NCBI GenBank assembly: GCA_977016875.1
Contig: CDRNST010000007.1
Location: 2,232,001 to 2,296,000 of the forward strand
Source of the DNA: Pavona decussata
Lineage: Eukaryota
Direction: 5' to 3'
DNA length: 64,000 nt
Of this stretch, positions 23,784 through 35,700 are shown piece by piece (position 1 is the first letter of the stretch; every line of letters begins with the position of its first letter). The notes under the pieces are model-generated. The model had not been told where the DNA came from, did not search any database, and was given only the letters and a program-made list of their open reading frames with translations. The position numbers and the translations under genes were made by a program.

Positions 23784-26700
23784 GTTATGTTGTTGATTTT
23801 TTCTTTAATAGTAAACGATTAAGAACTCGTTGAAACTTTTGAGAATACTGAATAAGGGGAATAAGTCGAGCGGTATATGGCGAGGGGGGAAAAATATATA
23901 TATCTCCCCCCCCCCCCCCTCGTCATAATCCCCTCGTCCGTTGTTATCAGGCCCGCTCTCACCTTTTACAACCAAAGCCACACCCAGCTTTTCAGACGAG
24001 TTAGTAATTGACAGGGGCTATTGAATATATTCAACCGAAAAGAACAAAAGAAACCAAGCCAACCGAAAAATAAGCAGCTTAAACATGCCGACCCAACTCG
24101 TGAGTCTATTTCTCTTATATATTAGTGTCTTCTTGTTAAATTTAATTTTGTTTATTCATACAATTTTGTGTGATAGCTGTAATAATTTGAGTCCTTATGT
24201 TTCTCTTTGTATTTTCGGTTTTGCGAAATGTATTGTTCCATGTCCCGCTCATTTAAATATTGTTCGTTAATTTCGAAATTTAAATCAAATCAACAATGAT
24301 TTAGATAAACACATTTCAAAATTTGTTACGTTATTGCTAGCGTAAATTCGAATCACAACTGTAAACGAACTCACAACCGATGATGATCGTTGAATGATCG
24401 AAGCATGTCTTGTTACAAACTCAAAGTGGTTGTCCATTTTTTTTAAAAGTTTATTAAACAATTATTATATCCCTTTGGCTCTAAATTCCTCGTCAATTCA
24501 TGGCCATGAGTGAACCACTTGACAGGCCGCAATACAAGCACATACGCACATACGCGTATGTTCTCCTCGTATGTGCCTTTGTTATTGATTGCTGCAAAAC
24601 AAAAGAAACGGTAAAGTAAACGCGGCAGCCCGCAAGCACGAAATTCGCATAATATGAAAAAATCAATGACGGCCGGCCAGTATAATCGTACGTATTTAGA
24701 ACCTCGCTTCGCAAATTGCTACCGTCTGTAATTCTTTTTCCTTAAATTAAGAAAAAAGAAAAGCTCGTGAACATACATTACTTCATGGAACAGTGCAGCA
24801 CGTGTTTAAAAACAACGAACTCGCGCTCGCTTCTCTTGTAATGACAAACTCGAATGAGAACATGCATGAAAACAGCATGAAAACATGCTGTCGTATTTCA
24901 AACCTTGCTCGCTTCGCAAATTCAGCGATAGAAAAAAAAACTTTATTACCGCTTGCTCTTTTTTTCAAACTGATTCTTTAACAAAAAAAGTAATGATGAA
25001 AAAAAATTTTGAAAGGCCGTTCTCTGGTTAACAATTGAAAAGATATGAGCTTTCGACAACCGTCCTGTTGTTTTCAACGGATAAAATATGAAGAGAATGT
25101 AAAATGAGGACTAATAAATACAAAAAAAATGTACAATACAGGTAATAAGTGTGAAAAACATTTGTTGATTAGGGAGTGGGCATGAGTTATTGTCAGCGTC
25201 AACAGTTTTCGTGGTTTGCCAGGACTCAAGGGTCTTAAGGTGGCGATAATTGCACTTGTCAATGATTGAGGCCATGATAAGCCACATTAGAACCTTTGGC
25301 GCAGATTTTCACGTTTCTAACATGTTCTTCTTCTTCTTCTTCTTCTTCTTCTTCTTCTTGTTGTCGCAAATAACCATTAAAGTCTAACATTTTAGGTTCT
25401 GTTCTGTTATTATTAAACTGGAAGTTACCCTCCCTTAGTGTTTATTCAAATCCGATCATAATTTAAGGCGTATTTTAAAAAGAGCAATGTTATTCCTGTC
25501 AAACGACAAACGACAGTCAGGTTGCATTGCCGGAACTTCCTAGTTTCTTTCTTCATACACTAACAGTAATTATTGTACTTATTCCTGCGGACCTTCAGTT
25601 GTGGTTGAAACTTTCTTCTAATGTCTGATTAAAAAGAAAACATTATTCAAAAGCGAGCATTTCGGTTTTTCCCAAGGGGCAAAATGTATTAATCTTGGCT
25701 TAAAATAGTCCCACTTTTGGCGGCCCGCAAAACAGTTCTAGCTCAGCTGATTTTGGGGGGAAGATAATACAGAGATTTTGAATCGCGTTTACGGCAAACA
25801 CACCATTTCAATGCTCAATAGTTAATTAAAACTTAGAAATGTTTCAGACGGTTTGGTTTTTGTAAGAACTTTACTAGCTGCAAATAAAGGATGCGACGTG
25901 CGGGATGGGAGGATTAGAATTAAAAAATGAGGCGGAAAGCTAACCATTTAATAAGGAGGCGGTTGACTTGTGCAACAAAAAACATAGCAAGGGACTGGGT
26001 GGAATTACTAATGATATCACTGAGCTTGTCAATCTTCTAAATGGACGCCTACCTTGTGTTTTCCTCGTTGATGGCCAATCGTGAACTCACCAGGTCACCA
26101 GTATCCAATGAAAGTGCTTCCTTTCTCAAACGTTTCTCCTCTTAAGTCTCCTCGCCTGTTGACGTAAAGGACATTTCCTTCAGGAGCTTGCAGCATCAGC
26201 CTTAGTCCAGGTGGGTTGAGAGTAAGTTATGAATTGAAACTTTCTTAGATCAAGGTAACTAACTGTCTGCATATTGATCTCTTGAAGGTTTCGAAGTTTC
26301 ACACCAAAGGAATCAAGCTCGTGATCCTTATTCCGTTTACGATATCCAAGGTAGGCGTAATGAATTTGTGTCAAACGCAAAACACTCGCATAATGGTCCT
26401 CTGTTATATATTAGTTACGGCTGAATAGGGTATCTTAGTAGATCACAAATGAATAGAAAATAAAAGGGTCACCCATAGTTCAGAGATAAAGATGAAGGTT
26501 AGGTGTTTTAGACTCAGGACGTATGCCCTGTCTTGTTTGACTTCGTCTCTACACGCGACATTTCGGACAATCAGTCTCGATCTGTCTCCATGATTAAATG
26601 ATGAAAAGGACATTGGATTAAAAGATCGGGATTCGAGAATCACCGGTGTCTGTCTGTCAAATACTGTTGTGTGATTGCTTTCCTACAATTCTCGTCATTG

Positions 26701-27834
26701 TTTTTAGGAAGGCTGCCATGTTTTACCTTGCCTTCGCTTCCCTCCCCTTGCCCTTCTTCATTGCTGTGTAAATTTCAGCGGTTAGTATTTGTGCATTACT
26801 GATTGTCCGTGGAGGATCCAACATTGAACCTGGGAGTGGGGATCAGACGGCAAACAAAGACGGAAAATAAGTAACTCGGCAAAATTGCTTGGCCATCAGT
26901 AGGTGGGATTTATGGTCGAGCCTTCCCAAGAGGGATTGAAGGCCATTGTAGAAATGACGCCTTTCGCTTAATTCACATTAATTTCACGAAACACTGAATT
27001 ATTCAGAAAAGTCACAGAGCACCGCTACTGATACTACTAGTACTGATTCATGAGCAAACAACGGCCAGCTCACATTATAAGGGAGATTTGGATCACTTTT
27101 AGAAAAATTAATGTGACTAAAGAGAGAAAAAAACATGTTTACTACGTAGGCCACGTCACCACCACGCGAGTAAGCCCGTCGTGTTGATGGAAACACGTTT
27201 TTCAGCCCATATGTTGTCTCCATGTATTACCGTAATTTTTGACTGTAGATTTGTAGTGTAGAATTCCGTTTAGAGTAAATATGGTTCATTACAACAACGG
27301 TGCAATATTGTGATTTCGTCGTATTAACAGGGTGTCACTCCTATTAATAATATTCCTGCAGCCAAGTATTTTAGGTTTCTGTAGGAAATGACGTTTTATT
27401 CTAATGCGAAAGTGAGCTTTTATGACTGAATTTTGTATTTTGAAAAAACTCATTTTAGTTTGGAACGCGTTAGCTGTATAGTAAGTCAGTGTCTAACCGT
27501 TTATTGATCGTTCACAGGTTTTGAAGTTTTATAACCCAAGGAATCAAGGTCGAGGTCATCGTGAGCAAGTGACGTTAAGAGTCCGATATTCGAGGTGGGC
27601 ACAACTGATTAATTTGTATCCAACATATAACGGTCATGTTTTGTTTAAGGGCCGCGGTGCCTATTGATTACGGTGCTAAAATTAAGACGGGCAACATCCA
27701 GATCACGTTTAACGGAAACAATCTATCTATTTCACATTTGGCGAACAATAAATTGGGCATTTAACGCATTACAAGAGACTGACTGGGCATCTTTTTTTTT
27801 TTTTTGGGGGGGGGGGGGGCGGGGGGGGGTTAAA

Positions 27835-28132
27835 CCCCGGGGTGTACTCCCTTATATGGGCTATATAGGTATGTGCGGCGCCAAAGGGTATGGTTTTTCG
27901 GCTGTTTTGGTCATAAATAGGGTATTGCTTTTAGCCATTTTGGTAATAAATAGGGTATAGATTTTTGCACTCTAGTCCTGGGTTCGATTTTTTTTAGAAG
28001 AAGCTACTTCAGGTCATAAATAGGGTAGGGAAAATCGCAGATTTTGGTCATAAATAGGGTAAGGGTTTTGGGAAGCGGGCCGCACACTCCTAACCAATTT
28101 TTTTTGGAGTACCCCCCCCCCCCCCCCTGGGG
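27835..28132. mobile_element. MITE (ggggtactccc family)
   Basis: ccccggggtgtactccc ... ggagtacccccc..gggg, with internal ggtcataaatagggta repeats; gggggttaaac occurs at both ends. Confidence 0.7.
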
Positions 28133-29254
28133 GTTAAACTTAAGTTTCTGGAGCAATTTCACAATACAGAGGCCCTCTTAAAGGGTTAGATACACAAGTG
28201 ACGTTGCACTTGGTGACATGGTGGACGGTAATAGTAAAATTAAGTATGAACAACCACGATCCGCGATCCCCAATACCAAAGTGGATGGATGATCATCAAG
28301 TAAAATTTGTGTGCCACCGTTGTCCGCGGCCTCATATATAGTAGATGAATGACAATGAAGAAAAATTTTCCCACTGCCGTGGTCGGTGATGGCATAGTGA
28401 AAGTGTAACAATAAAACAATATTAATTTGCCACTGGGGTATGAATTACATTAGGGACGAACAAAATTACTTTGTAACCTGCTTGTTTGTAAATGTCTGTT
28501 TAATTGAAAAGAAAATAAACTGAGTAAAAAAAAAAGAGAGAAAACAACTCAACAAGGAACGAACAATGACAAAGAATAAATTTCCCTCTCTTCACGATGC
28601 CATAGTAAATAACTAATAATCAAGGAAATTTGCCTACCACGCGGTCCGCAGTACCAAAGTAGGTGAAAAAAAAAACAAAACAGAAGATAACCAAAAAATT
28701 TAAACTAAAATACAGTTCTAAAATTTTTTTGCTCCATCAGGCTGGACTTTCAAAAGGTTCTGGTTTTCCGTTTTTAAAGAGAAAATAAAAGGGGCATTGA
28801 TCCAAATTAATCGCAAACTAAATTGATCCCTCAAAACGTTTTCGAATACTAACAATTTGGCGGGGCAAAATGACAGAAGTTTCTTGGATTTATTTTCGAA
28901 TAGGTAGGCCTGTGCGAACGTGTGTAGCGGTTTGCATGTCGGCAATAATTTTGTGTGTTTAAAGACTGCCTCATTGGTGTTCAGACTCGATCAGTTACCG
29001 CCTCGCTGCTTTAATTATCGGCTGATAATGATAATGAGGGTAGGCTACACAAACACCTACATACACAAACTTTGCCAAAAGATGGAAGATTCCAGAAAGG
29101 AAAAAAAATCGTCCAAACAAATGGTAACAACCATTGCAGAAACAGGAATACTGTGCTCTGTGACTTCGCCTAGACGACATTAAAAAAAAATGAAATAAAA
29201 TTTAAAAAAGAGCGAGTCGTCTAGCGTCTAATCAAACGGCGACCTGGCGTTAAA

Positions 29255-29453
29255 NNNNNNNNNNNNNNNNNNNNNNNNNNNNNNNNNNNNNNNNNNNNNN
29301 NNNNNNNNNNNNNNNNNNNNNNNNNNNNNNNNNNNNNNNNNNNNNNNNNNNNNNNNNNNNNNNNNNNNNNNNNNNNNNNNNNNNNNNNNNNNNNNNNNNN
29401 NNNNNNNNNNNNNNNNNNNNNNNNNNNNNNNNNNNNNNNNNNNNNNNNNNNNN
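29255..29453. other. Assembly gap (N run)
   Basis: Run of n. Confidence 1.
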
Positions 29454-29745
29454 ATCACCGCTGTGTACTCGTTCCCAGATTCCCGTTCCGACTTCCCCGT
29501 TCCCCGTTTTAGTAACATCCATATAATTATACAATACAATATAGGAAAATAGTAAAGTGATTTACTATAACAGTGTTATTCTAGTGTTACATGTTTTTGG
29601 CTCTACTCTGGCTCATTTTAGCACGAGAAACAATCAACGTATGAGTACGTTACTTGTAATAGTTATGTCTTGGTGCTGAAGAATAAGTGTTGCTTGCTTA
29701 CCATTCCATTCGAAATCCGTTTTCTTCTCCTTACCAGATTCACAG

Positions 29746-32700
29746 ATGGCTATCAGAGAAACAGCGTTTGTTCTTTGTTTTATTTTGTCACCACTGTTAT
29801 TGGAGGCAACGCAGCTAAACCCTAGAGGTAAACTTATATAACACTCTGATGCACCGCATGCAGAGTTTCTAATTAGTTATTTTCAAATATTATATTAATT
29901 AAATAAATTAATTCACCCAGATGAGTAACTGTGGGTGTGGCCTGCTTCCATGCCAAAATATCAATGTACGTTGTAAATTCAGTATCTCGCATTTAGCCTA
30001 AGTTTAAGTATTGGAATGTTTTTCTTTTCTTTTCTTTTTCTAAATTTTGCGGCGCACAACGTTATCCAACCAATTGCGCAGGCCATTTCGTGAGACTACA
30101 GTACATTCAAGTCGTAATTTCAATGCATAGTCCCAATTCTTTTTTTTTTTTTTTTTTTTTTTTTAATTGCTACTTTGTGTCTCTACTGGTAAATATAACC
30201 GTAACGTGAACAGTACATTTTCAGGTGTAAAAAATTAAACACTGAAAGCCAAGCGCTAGCAATGTTTTTTGTAAATGACTTTACGGAGAAAACTAAGCTC
30301 TGATAAACATTACTTGCTTTTTCCGTCTACATCTGATAAACAGAAACTGAAGCTGCTAACGATTGTCAAAAGCCCCTCGTCTCTGGTGCTAAATTAACTG
30401 CCTCTTCAAGATATGATGATGGTTTAGCTGCCAGCAAAGCCATATTAGGTCAAACATCAGGATCCTGGGCAGCTGGCAAACCCGATGAAAACCAATGGCT
30501 TCAGGTTGATCTACAAGAGGACAACTTCAAAGTAACACGTGTAGAAACCCAAGGAAGAAGCCAAACCGCACAGTGGGTGAAAAAGTACAAATTGCAGTAC
30601 AGCGATGATGGAGAGAACTTCAAGTACTACAAGGAACAAGGACAAACAACTGACAAGGTGATATACTTGTCTATTTGACGTTAATACATATAGATAGGTT
30701 AGCCTGACAGAAGAACTTCTAAGGCCCCATGCAAGGATTTATTGATTTAGACACCCACTGATTTCTCTCGTGTTCAGTTCAGCTCAGTTCAGTTCAGTTT
30801 ATTGTTTTGCCATAAGTTGCATTGTGCAGAAGCATATCTCATTATTTAAACGCTAAATGGCGAGGAAGCCCAAGGGAAGCCACCGGGCTTATAACGAATC
30901 AGCTCCCTCAGTTAAATAATTACGTATAGCTTGTCAAAAGCCCCTCGAGTTAGGGAGAGCCTAATCAAAGAACTTGAATTTCATTGTCATTATTGTTATT
31001 AAATGGAATTTTGTTATTTAGTAATTTAGAGAGTTGGGTTATTTTGTCTGCATGACTAATTAACTTGTCGGGACTGTCATGTTAATCTTATGATTGAAGT
31101 TCTAGCTTATCCTACAGGGGCGGGTTGTTGGGAAGCCGACTAACGCTAATCCACGGTTATATTTTAATCGAGGTTTTTAGCTCGATCATTAAAAATGGTT
31201 TTAAAAGCTAATTTCGAGCTAAAGGTAAAGAAAGGTCTCAGTAAAAACTGAGAACCAAAAATCTTTTGGAAGAATCTTTATCGATTAGCAATTAAACTCC
31301 AGTCAAAGTTTGCGTTAATCCAGTATTAGCTTAATGGAGCTTTGAACAACTGGGCCCAGAATGTCAATCTTATGATTCACGATCTAGGTTATCCGACACA
31401 AATGTTTAGTAGTTCAATAGTAGTTGATGAATTTTGGTATTTTGGTATGTTAACAATTTCTGTGAAACATTTATGCTTGATAATTCTTGCTGACCTTAGC
31501 TTGGAACACCGTTAAAATTTCGTTCCTTAGTGTGTTGTTTTTGAACTGCCGTTCTCTGTAATATTTTCATTGGATACCTGTTATTTTAACGTGTGGTCGT
31601 TAGGTTTATTTGGGTTTTCTTAGTTGAGTGGTAAAGAGGATTATGGAAGTCCTCAAGGTCAGTTTACCCAAACATGTTTACACGTAGGGTATATAATTGT
31701 GAACCTTTGTTCAGTAATAAAGTTTGTTGCTTAGTTGGAGTCGTTGTTGCTTAGTCTGTTGGTTCCTCATAAAGCTTAGAAAAAAGAGCTAAGAAGACTC
31801 TCGGTACCTGTCCGGAAGCAAGTCGCTTATTGAGCATCCAACAATCTAGGAATTACGGGTTCCTCGACTAAAATTAAAAATAACTTGATAATTTTGGAGA
31901 ACTGGAATTTCTAAATAAACTTAATTTGTATGTAAAATAATCTCTAGAATGTTCCTATCTTTCTTCTTCAGGAGTTTGAAGGAAACGCAGACAAGAACAC
32001 CATTGTCTATCATGACCTCAATCCACCAATTTGGGCACGTTACATTCGTTTTCGGCCAACAGAATGGAATTACTGGATAGCAATGAGGGTGGAGCTGTAT
32101 GGTTGCCAAGGTAATACTGAATGCCATAGTTAGAAGGTTCGCTTATTTATTGGGCGTTTCTAAACACTCCTCGGTTTTGAAAAGTCATTTTATGTGCACA
32201 ATGTTTATTACAAGAATTTCGATTTTCAAACCGTTGCAATTTCTTGATTTTCTTCAAAATCTCAAGATCGTCCAAGTTGTCCTAAATATAATCAAAAGAA
32301 ACAAATAAGTACTTTAGTGATACATCATCAAAGGAAAAAAATGAAATGTTGAGCGGTGTTTATTGCAACTTTAAAAAGTTATGAACGCGTTCAAAGACGA
32401 CAGCATGGGCATTTTGTATCACCCCTCCTTTCGGTGTCTTTTAATACTTGGCCGTTTAAACAATAAAATCCGAGAGCTAACATCGAAAAAGTTATGCCTC
32501 GAAGACAGAGTGTGACTTTTCTAGGCAAAGACAGGACTCGAACTTTTTTTTAAACATTTTTTTATTTTTTTGTAAGTGTTTGAGCCCTTCTGGAAATTTG
32601 TACTGAAATGCTTTTACAATCGACCGATTCTTTGTATTCCTAACAGTTTTCGCGAACTTTTGTTTAAAAAAGTTCTTCGCACGGTTCAATAAATTTGCTT

Positions 32701-35700
32701 CAAAATTGACTCTCAATTTTTTCAAATCGCTTCACACGTTTTGCTCACCTTGACGCGTTCGCTTTTCAGATGTTAACAAAGGTTTATCTGAGTGACTTTG
32801 AAATCAATAGCATGAGAGAACACTTTTAAACGTGTTTCGGCCTAAACAAGGCAGCACGCTACCTTGGTGATCAAAGAAGTGGGCGTACCTCTGTTGACTT
32901 TGTTGAAAATTCTGTCGATTCCACAGAATCCTTATCAAGGAGTGTAAATATGCGTAATTCTGTGGTGGTTATCATAGTTTATTAGTTTTCGATTCATTTC
33001 CGTCACATAAAATGGAAAGAGCTAAGAAGATCTGTCGTTTTTTACTCGTGAATGCGTGCATGCGCAATGAACGAGTTATCGTGATCTGGACTTGAATTTC
33101 ACTCGCTCGCTAGCTCGCTCGATCAGATGTAAACTTTTTATTAACTTAATTGGAATTTAATCAAAAACATAAATTATTCATGAGTTACGTATAGTGCATG
33201 AATTCACCATCAAAACCCTCAACAACTTATAAATACAAATCAGAATAACCTTATTTAATGTATAGGGAACAATTTGGCGATCATTTCAGTGTAACAATAG
33301 AGATTTTTCTTTAAATCTCAGCAGGAGCAATAAGGTTTTTCAGTTTTGAAAGAACTGCAGTGTTTCAAATTCAATTAGTGGCAAATTTACCAGCAATTTT
33401 TTTTCACGGCGCATCAGAATAATCTTATTCAATCTGTAGAGAATAATTTGACAATTATTTTAGTACAAGAATGAAGATTTTTCGTTAAATCTGTGCAAAG
33501 TTGTAAGTTTTTTTTTTTTCGTTTTTCCACAAAGTGCGGTTTCCTAAATTCAATTAATGAAGTGTTGGCATGAACTTTTTAGAAAAGAAAACACGCGAAA
33601 ATTTTTTACTCGGCGCATCAAAATAACCTTATTCTGAATCAATATATGGGGAATAAGTTTACAATCATTTTAGTACAAGAACGGTTATTTTTCGTCAAAA
33701 TCGGGGAAAAATATAATTTCTTTTAATTTTCAAGGCAGAGTAGTGTCTTAATTTCAATTACTGAGGTGCCATCTGCGTTCACGAGTTGGCTCACAGGAGC
33801 CCTTGATAGTAGTTGTAGCAGTTTTTATTGGTTATTGGTATAAATTCTGTAGCAAATCATATGCAACGCTGTTGATTTTAATCGATCCTAAATTACGTAT
33901 AGATTTTCAGAAGCCCCTCGTCTCTGGTGCTAAATTAACTGCCTCTTCAAGATATGATGATGGTTTAGCTGCCAGCAAAGCCATATTAGGTCAAACATCA
34001 GGATCCTGGGCAGCTGGCAAACCCGATGAAAACCAATGGCTTCAGGTTGATCTACAAGAGAACAACTTCAAAGTAACACGTGTGGCAACCCAGGGAAGAA
34101 GCCAAACCGTTCAGTGGGTGAAAAAGTACAAATTGCAGTACAGCGATGATGGAGAGAACTTCAAGTACTACAAGGAACAAGGACAAACAACTGACAAGGT
34201 GATATACTTGTCTATTTGACGTTAATACATATAGATAGGTTAGCCGGACAGAAGAACTTCTAAGGCCCCATGCAAGGGTTTATTGATTTAGACACCCACT
34301 GATTTCTCTCGTGTTCAGTTCAGCTCAGTTCAGTTCAGTTTATTGTTTTGCCATAAGTTGCATTGTGCAGAAGCATATCTCATTATTTAAACGCTAAATG
34401 GCGAGGAAGCCCAAGGGAAGCCACCGGGCTTATAACGAATCAGCTCCCTCAGTTAAATAATTACCTATAGATTGTCAAAAGCCCCTCGTGTTAGGGAGAG
34501 CCTAATCAAAGAACTTGAATTTCATTGTCATTATTGTTATTAAATGGAATTTTGTTATTTAGTAATTTAGAGAGTTGGGTTATTTTGTCTGCATGACTAA
34601 TTAACTTGTCGGGACTGTCATGTTAATCTTATGATTGAAGTTCTAGGTTATCCTACAGGGGCGGGTTGTTGAGAACCCGACTAACGCTAATCCACGGTTA
34701 CATTTTAATCGAGGTTTTTAGCTCGATCATTAAAAATGGTTTTAAAAGCTAATTTCGAGCTAAAGGTAAAGAAAGGTCTCAGTAAAAACTGAGAACCAAA
34801 AATCTTTTGGAAGAATCTTTATCGATTAGCAATTAAACTCCAGTCAAAGTTTGCGTTAATCCAGTATTAGCTTAATAGAGCTTTGAACAACTGGGCCCAG
34901 AATGTCAATCTTATGATTCACGATCTAGGTTATCCGACACAAATGTTTAGTAGTTCAATAGTAGTTGATGGATTTTGGTATTTTGGCAGTGTTAACAATT
35001 TCTTTGAAACATTTATGCTTGATAATTCTTGCTGACCTTAGCTTGGAACACCGTTAAAATTCCGTACCTTAGTGTGTTGTTTTTGAACTGCCGTTCTCTG
35101 TAATATTTTCATTGGATACCTGTTATTTTAATGTGTGGTCGTTAGGTTTATTTGGGTTTTCTTAGTTGAGTGGTAAAGAGGATTCTGAAAGTCTCGAGGT
35201 CAATTAACCCAAACATGTTTACACGTAGGGTATATAATTGTGAACCTTTGTTCAGTAATAAAGTTTGTTGCTTAGTTGGAGTCGTTGTTGCTTAGTCTGT
35301 TGGTTCCTCATTAAGCTTAGAAAAAAGAGCTAAGAAGACTCGCGGTACCTGTCCGGAAGCGAGTCGCTTATTGGGCATCCAACAATCTAGGAATTACGGG
35401 TTCCTCGACTAAAATTAAAAATAACTCAATAATTCTGGAGAACTGGAATTTCTAAATAAACTTAATTTGTATGTAAAATAATCTCTAGAATGTTCCTATC
35501 TTTCTTCTTCAGGAGTTTGAAGGAAACGCAGACAAGAACACCATTGTCTATCATGACCTCAACCCACCAATTTGGGCACGTTACATTCGTTTTCGGCCAA
35601 CAGAATGGAATTACTGGATAGCAATGAGGGTGGAGCTGTATGGCTGCCAAGGTAATACTGAATGCCATAGTTAGAAGGTTCGCTTATTTATTGGGCGTTT

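Larger units (their letters stand above)
20900..24450 (+). mobile_element. Degraded Penelope-like element (RT + GIY-YIG + 3' hammerhead-like motif) broken by nested insertions
   Basis: YRRDVDDTFCVF...FTMEKEVNHKLAFSDVLI (20936-21180); RVVYKFSCAG..CSIGETSQHLSTRIHEH (~22603-22695); ccgatgatgatcgttgaatgatcgaagcatgtc at ~24377-24410. Confidence 0.75.

Noticed and set aside
33803-34219. 138-aa ORFs (also 37344, 41189) as stand-alone discoidin genes with hydrophobic N-termini
   Set aside because: They start at TTG in intron sequence and hold only part of the domain; the rest is in the next exon.
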